A stretch of DNA of 64,000 bases from Gammaproteobacteria bacterium (GTDB taxonomy: Bacteria > Pseudomonadota > Gammaproteobacteria > GCA-002705445 > GCA-002716945). The position numbers were made by a program, and so were the translations under genes. This document shows, piece after piece, positions 52,474 to 62,491 of the stretch; the stretch's first letter is position 1, and each line of letters opens with the position of its first letter. The notes beneath the pieces are model-generated. The model was not told the DNA's origin and did no database searches. It saw only the letters and a list, made by a program, of their open reading frames with translations. The DNA lies in NCBI GenBank assembly GCA_045561295.1, contig JBJKYD010000016.1:1-64000 (forward strand), in the 5' to 3' direction.

Positions 52474-53628
52474 ATGCAAAAATCTGATAAAAAAGTCGTT
52501 AGTTTATTTGAAAAAACTAACCCGGGTTTTCAAAAGATTACTTTAACTGATTCGTTACACCTAAAAAGAGGAGGTTATCTAAAAAATCCTGTTCTAGCTT
52601 ATGAAACATGGGGTGAGTTATCAAAAGAAAAAGATAACATTATAGTTATCTTAACGGGTCTAAGTGCCAGTTCACATGTTGCTTCAAGCGTTACTAACCC
52701 TGAAACTGGCTGGTGGGAAGGTATGGTTGGTAAAGGTAAAGCATTTGATACGAACAAATATTATGTAATATGTATAAACTCCCTAGGAAGTTGTTTTGGA
52801 TCTACAGGCCCTGCATCAATAAATGAAATAACAGGAGAGCCCTATAGATTAACTTTCCCTGAATTAACGATTGATGATATGGCTACGGCATCAAAATTAT
52901 TATTTGACAAGCTAGAAATTAAATCTATTCATACTTTAGTAGGCCCATCTATGGGTGGTATGCACAGCCTTGCATTAATAATACAAAATAATAATTTTGT
53001 TAGAAACTTTATTGCTATTTCAACTGCAAGACAGTCATTACCATATTCTATAGCAATTCGATCGTTACAAAGGGAAGTAATTAGAAAAGATCCATTATGG
53101 AACAATGGTTACTATTCATATGATAAACCACCTCTTAATGGTGTACGTATTGCGCGTAAACTTGGTATGCTTTCTTATCGATCGGCTGATGAATGGGCGC
53201 AACGCTTTGGTAGAAAAAAATCTGCTAAAACAGAAATAACACAAAATACTTTTGGCATTGAAAATACAGGTTTTGAATTTGAAATAGAATCCTACCTAGA
53301 ACATTTAGCAATAAAATTCCAAAATGTTTTCGATGCAAATTCTTACTTATATCTATCTAGATCTATTGATTGGTTTGATTTAGTTGATTATGGTTCTTCG
53401 CCAAATGAAATACTAGGGCAGACGGGATTAAGCAATGCACTTGTTCTTGGAGTAGAATCTGATACTTTATTCCCGGTAAGCCAACAAAAAGAAATTGCTG
53501 AATATCTAGCCAGTGGTACAACAAAAGTTGCTTATAAAAGTTTAGACTGTTTACAAGGGCATGATTCATTTCTTGTTGATATTGAAACATTCTCAAGAGA
53601 AATAAAATGTTTCTTAGAAAATTTATAA
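52474..53628 (+). CDS. metX: MetX-family acyltransferase, probably the serine O-succinyl/acetyltransferase subtype
   Basis: AYETWG, LTGLSASSH, GWWE, GSCFGSTGP, GPSMGG, FDANSYL, GHDSFL. Confidence 0.8.
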   Translation: MQKSDKKVVSLFEKTNPGFQKITLTDSLHLKRGGYLKNPVLAYETWGELSKEKDNIIVILTGLSASSHVASSVTNPETGWWEGMVGKGKAFDTNKYYVICINSLGSCFGSTGPASINEITGEPYRLTFPELTIDDMATASKLLFDKLEIKSIHTLVGPSMGGMHSLALIIQNNNFVRNFIAISTARQSLPYSIAIRSLQREVIRKDPLWNNGYYSYDKPPLNGVRIARKLGMLSYRSADEWAQRFGRKKSAKTEITQNTFGIENTGFEFEIESYLEHLAIKFQNVFDANSYLYLSRSIDWFDLVDYGSSPNEILGQTGLSNALVLGVESDTLFPVSQQKEIAEYLASGTTKVAYKSLDCLQGHDSFLVDIETFSREIKCFLENL

Positions 53629-54080
53629 TTCTTTTTAGTCTAATTATTACAGGCTCTGCCTTTTCTGGTCAATTTGATGCTAAGGTCATTAAAGTAATTG
53701 ACGGGGATACAATTTGGGTCAAAACTGAGAATAAACATGTAAAAATAAGACTAAGTTATATCGACGCACCCGAGTTAAGGCAGACATTTGGAGTACGAAG
53801 TAAAAATTATTTAACAAATTTAGTTCTAGATAAAAAGGTACAGATTGATACATATAGAAAAGATAGGTACAACAGAATAATCGGAGAAGTTTACATACAT
53901 GATGATAAAGGGTCCATATTTGTAAATGCAAAACTTATAAAAAGCGGAAATGCATGGGTATATAAGAGATACAGAAACAACCGATATCTTATAAATCTTG
54001 AGGATTACGCTAAAACAAATAATAATGGCCTTTGGAGTACAAAAAATCCTCTAGAACCATGGGAATATCGAAAAAAATAA
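53607..54080 (+). CDS. Secreted thermonuclease (SNase-like)
   Basis: Signal peptide; VIDGDT, IRLSYIDAPE, DRYNR, G.AW.Y, PWEYR. Confidence 0.9.
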   Translation: MFLRKFIILFSLIITGSAFSGQFDAKVIKVIDGDTIWVKTENKHVKIRLSYIDAPELRQTFGVRSKNYLTNLVLDKKVQIDTYRKDRYNRIIGEVYIHDDKGSIFVNAKLIKSGNAWVYKRYRNNRYLINLEDYAKTNNNGLWSTKNPLEPWEYRKK

Positions 54081-54100
54081 GCTACAAACCACTAGTATCG

Positions 54101-54253
54101 TCAGCTGATATTATCTCGTACCTTTTTTGCAGCTCTACGACATTTCTCTGAACAATATATTACGCTCTGCCAATCTCGCTCCCACTTTTTCCTCCACGAG
54201 AATGGTAATTTACAGATAGGACATATTTTTTTCGGAAGGCTACTTTTTTTCAT
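54101..54253 (-). CDS. DUF2256-family small Cys-rich protein, 50 aa (not in ORF track)
   Basis: [50 protein letters not shown]; C..C..PF.WRKKW...W..V.YCS..CR signature. Confidence 0.9.
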   Translation of the reverse strand: MKKSSLPKKICPICKLPFSWRKKWERDWQSVIYCSEKCRRAAKKVRDNIS

Positions 54254-54593
54254 TTAACTGATGTCTATTTTTATAAAATAGAAGTAGTGCTATGACTTCA
54301 TAAAATATTACACTGATCTGATAGACTCCTGGCAATGCGACTAAATTACCAATCCATTTGTACTTAGGAATATTTCTCCACATAATAACGAATGCCTTTA
54401 CACCAGAGTAAACCTCATTATCTTTAACAACATGTAATCGTCTAAGAAGATCCTTATGGCTCTTTCCAGATAATTTAGTAGAAATTTCTAAATCATTGAT
54501 ATCTATCCAATTTATGTCATTATCTATCGATTTATAATGATTTATCTCCTTGGAGCATATTGAACAACTGTCATTAAACAAAACCTTGATCAT
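54240..54593 (-). CDS. DCC-family (DUF393) thiol-disulfide oxidoreductase-like protein
   Basis: N-terminal NDSCSIC (DxxCxxC variant), LHV, G..AF..MW. Confidence 0.8.
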   Translation of the reverse strand: MIKVLFNDSCSICSKEINHYKSIDNDINWIDINDLEISTKLSGKSHKDLLRRLHVVKDNEVYSGVKAFVIMWRNIPKYKWIGNLVALPGVYQISVIFYEVIALLLFYKNRHQLNEKK

Positions 54594-56092
54594 CTCGTAT
54601 TATCTCTTAAAAATTGATTTGCTCTGGTTAAGATAATTTCTTTTCTTTCTTTCTTCATTTTATCAAATAAACTTACCATCATGTTCAATCTTGGGTTAGT
54701 TTTAAAAAATTTGCGGTTCTTATCTATGAACCTCCAATAAAGGCCATCAAAAATATCACACCATTCTCCTTTTTTAAAGTCCATCATTTTTAATATATAA
54801 TTCGAACCGCATATATAAGGTTTAGTGGCCATTATCCCACCGTCAGCAAAAAGACCCATACTATATACATTTGGTGTCATAACCCAATCTGAAGAGTCTA
54901 TATACAGCTCCATAAACCATTTATAAGCACTCTTTGGCTCTATTTCACATAAATTCATAAGGTTAACTTGTATCATCAACCTTTCAATATGATGCGAATA
55001 TGCATATTTTATAGTGCTTTTTATACTGTAATCCAAGGGATCTATGCCGGTTTCTCCTGTATACCAGGAATCACATAGTCTTCTTTTGTGATTAAAAAAA
55101 TTGCCTCTCTCAATATTTTTACTTTCCAAGTGATACAAACCTCTCATGAATTCGCGCCAACCTATAATTTGACGCAAAAAACCTTCATAAGAGTTTATAG
55201 GTATATCCTTTAAATCATTGATTTTATTGATTATATCAGTGGGTGTTATTAGCCCTAGATTTAAAGAAGAGCTTAGGTTTGAATGGAACCAAAGATATGA
55301 TCTTTGATCAACTGAGTCTTCGTAATCACCAAATGACTTAAATTTGTTTACTATAAAATCGTCTAAATTCTCAATAGCTTGTTTACGTGTAGTAGGGTAG
55401 TTAAATTCTTCAATATTTCCATAATGATTTTCAAAATATTTAGACACTATATCTTTTACATCTTTAGTGTGTTTTGTATGTCTAAATTTTTTAACTGGAG
55501 GTGGTAGCACCTTATGGCTTATCTTCTTTCTATTTTCGCTATCGAAAGTCCATTTACCGCCAGCAGGCTTACCATTATCCATCAATATATTTAATTTCTT
55601 TCTTTGATTGATATAAAAGTTTGTCATCTTATATGTTGGTTTTGACGTTTTAGGGCACATTGATATGAATTCATCTCTATTTGTAAGAAACATAGGACTA
55701 TCGAGTATTATTAGTTCATTTAATTCATCTGAAATTTTGTTTATTATTTTTTCAAACCATTTATCTTCAATTGTCCATACGCTCATAGTTTTAATTTTTT
55801 CTTTATTTATATAATCTTTTAATGAATCAATATAACTAATTGATTTATCTACATTTAGATATTCATAATGAACATTGTAATTATGTTTATCTAAATAATC
55901 TTTGTATGAACGCATAGATGATAAGAAGAGGGTGATCTTATGCTTATGATGCTTCTCATATGTACATAAGCCATAATCCTCTCTCATGAATATCTTCGTG
56001 GGATTGATTTTATTTATATTTGATATAGGAAATAACTGGTTTCCTAGTACTAGATGGAGATCTACATCCTTTATACGATCATTTATATCCAT
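54590..56092 (-). CDS. Bacterial (6-4) photolyase/cryptochrome (PhrB/CryB clade) lacking Fe-S cysteines
   Basis: LVLGNQLF, HKHKI...SMR, GGKWTFDSENR, FGDYED, RQIIGWREF, YSHHIERLM, DGG...TKPY. Confidence 0.88.
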   Translation of the reverse strand: MDINDRIKDVDLHLVLGNQLFPISNINKINPTKIFMREDYGLCTYEKHHKHKITLFLSSMRSYKDYLDKHNYNVHYEYLNVDKSISYIDSLKDYINKEKIKTMSVWTIEDKWFEKIINKISDELNELIILDSPMFLTNRDEFISMCPKTSKPTYKMTNFYINQRKKLNILMDNGKPAGGKWTFDSENRKKISHKVLPPPVKKFRHTKHTKDVKDIVSKYFENHYGNIEEFNYPTTRKQAIENLDDFIVNKFKSFGDYEDSVDQRSYLWFHSNLSSSLNLGLITPTDIINKINDLKDIPINSYEGFLRQIIGWREFMRGLYHLESKNIERGNFFNHKRRLCDSWYTGETGIDPLDYSIKSTIKYAYSHHIERLMIQVNLMNLCEIEPKSAYKWFMELYIDSSDWVMTPNVYSMGLFADGGIMATKPYICGSNYILKMMDFKKGEWCDIFDGLYWRFIDKNRKFFKTNPRLNMMVSLFDKMKKERKEIILTRANQFLRDNTR

Positions 56093-56166
56093 ATATAAGT
56101 AGAATAGGTTATATGGATTTTATATGCTAGATCAATATATAGGTTCGTATAATATATATTATGTAA

Positions 56167-56961
56167 TTAATTAGAGTAGAAAACTTGACTACCATCAATC
56201 ATATAAGAATTTATGTACATTTTAGCAGTATCAGATATAAGCCATTCATATAAATCATAAGCGTATGATTTATTTATATTCTTACAGCGGTTGTAGTTTA
56301 TAAGAATAATGCCATATTCATTTTTTAATTTGTCTTTATCCTCGTAAAGTATAATGTGATTTCTTTTATTCCTATATTTTAACCACGATGATCTGTCGGT
56401 AAAAATATATGCATTTTTAGCAATTGCAATATTTAGCGATGGCCCCATTCCTTGCCCAGATTCAAAATACCACTCCCCGCTATATGGAACAGGATTAATT
56501 TTAGATTTATCCCAGATTAATATTTCCGCTGAATGCGTTCCGCTTGAGTCTGAACGTGATATAAATTTTGATTTACTTTTTGCTATTAATAGAAACGCAT
56601 CAGCAGGATTAGTAGTATTGTTTATTTTTGCAGGATCTTTAGACGGACCTACAATTACAAAATCATTAAACATTAGCGAATGTCTTTGAATACCGTATCC
56701 TTTTCTCATAAATTCAAGCTCACGTTTAATATCATGCACTATTAGTAAGTCTCCATCACAATTTTTTGCATTTATAATTGCTTGTCCAGTGCCAACAGCA
56801 ATAACTTTAATATTTAATTCATTATATCCAGGATATTGAGGTAATAAATATTCGTATAATCCAGAATCACGTGTAGACGTAGTAGATTGAATAATTATGT
56901 CATTTGCTGATACATAAATGAAATTACTTAGACAAAAGGCAAAAATCAAAAGATTACGCAT
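56167..56961 (-). CDS. tupA: Tungstate ABC transporter substrate-binding protein
   Basis: Signal peptide; STTSTRDSGL, AVGTGQA, MFNDFVIVGP..DPA, SRSDSSGTH, GQGMG. Confidence 0.9.
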   Translation of the reverse strand: MRNLLIFAFCLSNFIYVSANDIIIQSTTSTRDSGLYEYLLPQYPGYNELNIKVIAVGTGQAIINAKNCDGDLLIVHDIKRELEFMRKGYGIQRHSLMFNDFVIVGPSKDPAKINNTTNPADAFLLIAKSKSKFISRSDSSGTHSAEILIWDKSKINPVPYSGEWYFESGQGMGPSLNIAIAKNAYIFTDRSSWLKYRNKRNHIILYEDKDKLKNEYGIILINYNRCKNINKSYAYDLYEWLISDTAKMYINSYMIDGSQVFYSN

Positions 56962-57577
56962 TACTTATACTCCCATTCTCCAAATAGACACTCAAGCAAC
57001 TCAGTTTATCAATAAATTTGCTGTCATGTGATACTAAAATTACTTGTTTTCGCTCAGATATATAGTTGTTTATTATATCAAAAATAAGACTAGTGTTATA
57101 TGTGTCTAGATTATTTGTAGGTTCATCATAAAATATAACATCTGGCTGTATTACTAAAGATCTTAATAATGAGACTAATTGTAACTCTCCTCCTGAGAGA
57201 AGACGAATATGCATATCAGACAAATATTCTAATGAATATTTTTTAAATAGACTTTTAATAATATTGCTTCTAGCATGTTTTGGAATATTTTTACAAAATA
57301 AAGCATGCTCTAAATTAAAGTATACTGTTCTATCTAAAAATTTTGGATTTTGAAATATCATACTAGTACAAACATTTGTATCATAGTTTCTTTTTATGTT
57401 TCCTGATGATGGTTCCAGAAGACCATACATCAATTTCAGTAATGTTGTCTTACCAGCACCATTCGGACCACGCAGTGCTATTATTCTATCTTTAAAAATA
57501 TCTAGAGAAATATTATTAATAATTATCTTATCGTTATAATAATAATCAAGATTTTTTATAGAGATTATTTTATTCAT
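56954..57577 (-). CDS. tupC: Tungstate ABC transporter ATPase
   Basis: GPNGAGKTT, LSGGE, DEPTNNLD; between tupB and tupA. Confidence 0.85.
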   Translation of the reverse strand: MNKIISIKNLDYYYNDKIIINNISLDIFKDRIIALRGPNGAGKTTLLKLMYGLLEPSSGNIKRNYDTNVCTSMIFQNPKFLDRTVYFNLEHALFCKNIPKHARSNIIKSLFKKYSLEYLSDMHIRLLSGGELQLVSLLRSLVIQPDVIFYDEPTNNLDTYNTSLIFDIINNYISERKQVILVSHDSKFIDKLSCLSVYLENGSISNA

Positions 57578-58254
57578 AAATATCTGTTTTTAATAACATA
57601 GATTGCTATATTTATTATAATTGCTAACAAGATTAGACTTATTCCTAAACTTAAAGCCAATGCAAGCTCCCCTCTTGATGTTTCAAGAACAATACTTGTA
57701 GTCATCACTCTGGTCATGTTAGCTATATTACCACCTACGATGATGACTGCACCTACTTCAGATAAAGCTCTACCAAGTCCGGTAACAATTATTATTAATA
57801 AATCAAAACGGCACTCACATATAATTGTATATTTTTTTTTGAGATCAGATGTATGTATAGAAGTTAAGTATTCATTCAGATCGATATATTTATTCTGTAA
57901 TGCTTTATAAGATAGTGAGATAATTATAGGACTGATTATAATTATCTGAGCAATAATCATAATTGTTGGCGTATATAAAATATCAAAAAATCCCATAAAT
58001 CCCGAAAAAGAGAAAACAATATAAAGTATTAAACCTACAACAACTGGAGGTAAACTCATAAGAGAGTTAACAATCAACAAGATAAAGTTCTTACCAAAAA
58101 TATTTTTTATAGTTAATAAAGAAGAAATATAGATTGAAAATACAGATGCAATTATAGTAGCTAGAAACGATATATATAATGATAAAAGCACAATATCAAT
58201 GAACTTATTATCAAGATGTGTAAATATATTTAAAGCATCTAAGAAAATATCCAT
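57574..58254 (-). CDS. tupB: Tungstate ABC transporter permease
   Basis: LPPVVVGL, GRALSEVGAVIIVGGNI, TRVMTT.IVLETSRG. Confidence 0.9.
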   Translation of the reverse strand: MDIFLDALNIFTHLDNKFIDIVLLSLYISFLATIIASVFSIYISSLLTIKNIFGKNFILLIVNSLMSLPPVVVGLILYIVFSFSGFMGFFDILYTPTIMIIAQIIIISPIIISLSYKALQNKYIDLNEYLTSIHTSDLKKKYTIICECRFDLLIIIVTGLGRALSEVGAVIIVGGNIANMTRVMTTSIVLETSRGELALALSLGISLILLAIIINIAIYVIKNRYL

Positions 58255-58267
58255 ATTAAATTATTAG

Positions 58268-58804
58268 TTATAATATATCTTTTATATATAGACCTTCTAA
58301 GTCTTTGTTTGAAACGTTTATAATTTTTATAGGCCATTCTATATTTAAATCAGGATCGTTATACAAAATTGTCCCCTCGTTTTTAGGTGAATAAAACTGT
58401 GTTGTCTTATACAAAACTATTGCATCATTACTTGTAACAACAAAACCATGAGCGAACCCTTTTGGGATCCAAAGTTGATTATTATTTTGTGACGATAAAA
58501 CCTCTCCATGCCACTGACCAAATGTATTTGATCTTTTTCTTATGTCAACAATTACATCATAAATCTCGCCAGTTAAAACTCTAACTAATTTATCCTGTTC
58601 AAATGGCTCTTTCTGGTAATGTAAACCCCTGCATACAGATTTCTTTGTGTAAGAATGATTGTCTTGGACAAATTGAATATTATCTCCAATAATATTGTTA
58701 AATTTCTTTGAATTATAAGCTTCATAAAAGAATCCCCTATCGTCTGGAAAAATATCTGGTGCCAGAAGATATGCATCATTAAATATAGTCTTCATTATTT
58801 TCAT
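58268..58804 (-). CDS. rmlC: dTDP-4-dehydrorhamnose 3,5-epimerase
   Basis: DDRGFF.E, VQDNHS, RGLHYQ, DVIVDIR, PKGFAHGF. Confidence 0.96.
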   Translation of the reverse strand: MKIMKTIFNDAYLLAPDIFPDDRGFFYEAYNSKKFNNIIGDNIQFVQDNHSYTKKSVCRGLHYQKEPFEQDKLVRVLTGEIYDVIVDIRKRSNTFGQWHGEVLSSQNNNQLWIPKGFAHGFVVTSNDAIVLYKTTQFYSPKNEGTILYNDPDLNIEWPIKIINVSNKDLEGLYIKDIL

Positions 58805-58810
58805 ATTATT

Positions 58811-59698
58811 TTAATCTATAAAGCTGTCTAAGAAGCACTCAAGATAATGTTCCCAGTTTTGAATATTAATGTCAAAACATGAACATATTTTTTGATTGGA
58901 TAATGCAGTATATCTTGGTCTTTTAGCTATTGTTTTATAATCTTCAGATTTAATTGATATAAGATCGACAGTATATATTGAATTAATATTAGAAGCATAC
59001 TCGATAATATATTCTGCAAAATTATACCAAGATGTATAGCCAGTCGAACAAAGATTAAATGTCTCCTTACATGAATCATTTTTTTTCTCAATGCAATATT
59101 GTATTAAATGATTTTTAATAATGTCAGCGATCAAGTAAGATGATGTTGGTGTCCCATATTGGTCACAAACTATCTCCAATTTATCATTAGATAAAGAACG
59201 TTGTAGTATACTTTTCACAAAATTGTTTCCAGCATGTCCATATACCCATGAAGTCCTTAATATTATGTAGTTACACCCGCTACTCTTAATATGTTCATCT
59301 GCTATATTTTTGCTTTCACCATAAACATTTATAGGTGCACCTGAATCAGATTCCGTATAAGGATCGTTTTTCATACCATCAAATATATAATCTGTAGATA
59401 GATGTATTAACTGAATATTATAGGAATTACATAGCTCAGATAAATTTTTAACTGCATAAGAGTTTACCTCATAGCAAAGGCTTTTATTATTTTCAGCTTT
59501 TTCGACCTGAGTATAGGCTGCACAATTTATTATAATATCAGGATTAAATTCTTGGACTATATTTTCAATTAGATCAAAATCTGTAATATCTAAGTCTTTA
59601 TGACCATATGATCTTACATTATAAATATTACTAATATTTTTTGAAATTTCACTTCCGACAATTCCCGTAGAGCCAAGTAGTAATATTTTTATGGCCAT
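58811..59698 (-). CDS. rmlD: dTDP-4-dehydrorhamnose reductase
   Basis: NCAAYTQVE, STDYIFDG, YGESK, RTSWVY, DQYGTPT, KRP. Confidence 0.95.
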   Translation of the reverse strand: MAIKILLLGSTGIVGSEISKNISNIYNVRSYGHKDLDITDFDLIENIVQEFNPDIIINCAAYTQVEKAENNKSLCYEVNSYAVKNLSELCNSYNIQLIHLSTDYIFDGMKNDPYTESDSGAPINVYGESKNIADEHIKSSGCNYIILRTSWVYGHAGNNFVKSILQRSLSNDKLEIVCDQYGTPTSSYLIADIIKNHLIQYCIEKKNDSCKETFNLCSTGYTSWYNFAEYIIEYASNINSIYTVDLISIKSEDYKTIAKRPRYTALSNQKICSCFDINIQNWEHYLECFLDSFID

Positions 59699-60693
59699 TA
59701 TTTTTGTAGATATTTATTTAAATAAAAGTCTATTGTGTAAGAAAGCCTTTCTTCGAAAGATTTCGATGGTTTCCAGTTTAAATTCTTAAGTATAAAAGAG
59801 TTATCAATAGCATATCTATAATCATGCCCTGGCCTGTCGTCAACAAATTCAATTAATTTTTCATGTTTAGTATTATTACTTAATCTATCAGACAAGATAG
59901 TACATATTTTTTTAACTAGATAAATATTCTCTAATTCACAATTTCCACCTATATTGAAATGAGTATAATTAAATGAGGTATTAATTATCTTTATGAGAGC
60001 TTCACAATGATCATCAACATAGATCCAATCTCTTATATTGCTACCATTACCATATATAGGAATTGGGATATTATTTATCACAGAATATATTGTTTTAGGG
60101 ATTAGTTTTTCCTTATGTTGATTTGGTCCGTAATTATTTGAACAATTGGTTACTATAAGAGGTAAATTGTATGTATTGATGTAGGAAAAAACTAAATGAT
60201 CTCCAGCTGCTTTACTTGCTGAGTAGGGATTTTTTGGAGTATATTTACTTTCTTCAGTAAACGGTGATTCATTTATAGATAAGTCTCCATATACCTCGTC
60301 TGTTGATACTTGTATAAATTTAAAATCAGTATTTTCGGAAGAATTCAAATAGTATTCTCTGAATATATCCAATAAAACTTGAACACCCAGTACGTTCGTT
60401 CTAATAAATTCATATGATGATAGTATCGAATTATCTACATGTGTTTCTGCAGCAAAATTGATAAAAATTTTTGGTTTATGTTTACTAATTATATCCCTAA
60501 TAGTATCTTTGTTATTAATATCTTCATGATAGAAAGTGTAATTACCATTGTTAGTTATAAAATCAAGATTCGATGGATCTGAAGCATATGATAATTTATC
60601 AATATTAACTATTTCTTCAGAGTTATTTTTAGACCAACACTTAATGAATCGAGAACCTATAAAGCCGGATCCTCCAAAGACAAGTATGCTCAC
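59698..60693 (-). CDS. rmlB: dTDP-glucose 4,6-dehydratase
   Basis: GGSGFIG, FAAETHVD, STDEVYG, YSASK, NCSNNYGP, DRPGHD.RYA; GTG start. Confidence 0.96.
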   Translation of the reverse strand: MSILVFGGSGFIGSRFIKCWSKNNSEEIVNIDKLSYASDPSNLDFITNNGNYTFYHEDINNKDTIRDIISKHKPKIFINFAAETHVDNSILSSYEFIRTNVLGVQVLLDIFREYYLNSSENTDFKFIQVSTDEVYGDLSINESPFTEESKYTPKNPYSASKAAGDHLVFSYINTYNLPLIVTNCSNNYGPNQHKEKLIPKTIYSVINNIPIPIYGNGSNIRDWIYVDDHCEALIKIINTSFNYTHFNIGGNCELENIYLVKKICTILSDRLSNNTKHEKLIEFVDDRPGHDYRYAIDNSFILKNLNWKPSKSFEERLSYTIDFYLNKYLQK

Positions 60694-60727
60694 CTACTTT
60701 ATATTCCAATGATATTTATTACAAATA

Positions 60728-62401
60728 TCAAAATAGGCCGATGATGTTTCCATCATCATCTATATCTATTCTCTCGGCAGCTGGAACTTTTGGTAATCCG
60801 GGCATTGTCATTATATCTCCACATACCATTACTATGAATTCAGCGCCCGCTGATAGCCTAACTTCTCTAATTGGTATCTCATGATTTGACGGTGCTCCTC
60901 TAAGTGTTGGGTCGGTAGAAAATGAGTACTGAGTTTTAGCGACACATACCGGAAAGTTACCGTATCCATTCTCTTGAAGATCCTCAATTTGTTTTCTAAC
61001 ATTCGCTGGAGCGGTTATTGAAGATGCTCCATATATTTTCTTTGCTATAGTTTCCATCTTATCCCACAGCTTCATATCATCATTATAAAGATACTTGAAA
61101 TTATTTTCTGCAGTATCAATAGTCGCAACAACTTTTCTTGCTAATTCTTCTGCTCCTTTTCCTCCATCAGCCCAGTGCGTAGATGAAACAATAGGAACGT
61201 CAAGCTCAGATGATTTCATTTTTAATAAATCTTTTTCTTTATCAGTATCAAATGTAAATCCATTTATGCCTACTACAACTGGTAATCCATAATGATTCTT
61301 AAGATTATTCACATGTCTTTCTAAGTTACTAATGCCCTTAGATAAATAATCAGTACTTTCTTTATTTAACTCATCCAGAGAACAACCACCATGATATTTC
61401 AGCGCACGTATTGTTGCCACTAAAACTACTGCAGAGGGTTTTATCCCTGCTTTACGACATTTTATATCCAGGAATTTTTCAGCACCTAAATCCGCCCCAA
61501 ACCCTGCTTCGGTAACTACGTAGTCAGCAAGCTTCAGCGATGCTTTTGTTGCTATTACTGAATTACATCCATGTGCGATATTAGCAAATGGCCCTCCGTG
61601 AATCATCGCAGGATTGTTCTCTAAAGTTTGAACGAGATTTGGCTTCAGAGCATCCTTTAAGAGAACAGTCATGGCTCCGTGTGCATTGATATCTTTTGCG
61701 AGAATCGGAGCTTTTTGTCTTGTGTAGGCTACAACAATCTTACCTAATCTTTCTTTTAGGTCTGCAATTGATGTAGCTAAACAGAAAATTGCCATGATTT
61801 CAGAAGCTACCACAATATCAAAACCATCTTGTCGTGGAAAACCATTTCCTATTGATCCAAGAGAACAAACAGTGCTTCTCAGTGCCCGATCATTCATATC
61901 TAGAACTCTTTTCCAAACTACTCTCCTTACGTCTATCCCTAATTTATTTCCATGATGTATATGATTATCTAACATTGCTGCTAAAAGGTTATTCGCAAGT
62001 TGGATAGCATTAAAATCACCTGTAAAATGAAGATTTATATCTTCCATAGGAATAACTTGTGCCATACCGCCTCCAGCAGCGCCTCCTTTCATGCCGAATA
62101 CAGGTCCGAGCGAAGGCTCTCTAATAGTTACTAAAGCTTTTTTCCCTATATGATTTAATGCATCACCTAATCCAACAGATGTGGTTGTTTTGCCTTCTCC
62201 AGCTGGGGTTGGGCTTATCGCAGTAACTAGTATAAGCTTACCGTCTGGCTTTGATTCCAATGAGTTAAGGTATTCTAAAGATATTTTTGCTTTATAGTGG
62301 CCAAAAGGTTCAAGAGATTCTTCTGGAATATCAAGCTTAGATGCGACCGTTTTTATTTTTTCTAACTTAGCAGCTTGAGCTATTTCGATATCCGATTTCA
62401 T
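60728..62401 (-). CDS. fhs: Formate-tetrahydrofolate ligase
   Basis: [46 protein letters not shown]. Confidence 0.98.
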   Translation of the reverse strand: MKSDIEIAQAAKLEKIKTVASKLDIPEESLEPFGHYKAKISLEYLNSLESKPDGKLILVTAISPTPAGEGKTTTSVGLGDALNHIGKKALVTIREPSLGPVFGMKGGAAGGGMAQVIPMEDINLHFTGDFNAIQLANNLLAAMLDNHIHHGNKLGIDVRRVVWKRVLDMNDRALRSTVCSLGSIGNGFPRQDGFDIVVASEIMAIFCLATSIADLKERLGKIVVAYTRQKAPILAKDINAHGAMTVLLKDALKPNLVQTLENNPAMIHGGPFANIAHGCNSVIATKASLKLADYVVTEAGFGADLGAEKFLDIKCRKAGIKPSAVVLVATIRALKYHGGCSLDELNKESTDYLSKGISNLERHVNNLKNHYGLPVVVGINGFTFDTDKEKDLLKMKSSELDVPIVSSTHWADGGKGAEELARKVVATIDTAENNFKYLYNDDMKLWDKMETIAKKIYGASSITAPANVRKQIEDLQENGYGNFPVCVAKTQYSFSTDPTLRGAPSNHEIPIREVRLSAGAEFIVMVCGDIMTMPGLPKVPAAERIDIDDDGNIIGLF

Positions 62402-62491
62402 AATATATCATTATACATTTTTATATAGGAAATCCACATAAAAATTGTTATTTTTTAAATAACTAATGTATCTATAAAAAAAATTTACATG

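Noticed and set aside
53607-54080. Thermonuclease as part of an anti-phage system
   Set aside because: Stand-alone secreted SNase-like protein with no defence-associated neighbours
56093-56166. AT palindrome ATAATATATATTAT downstream of tupA
   Set aside because: Low-complexity AT sequence with no GC stem or U-tract; expected by chance
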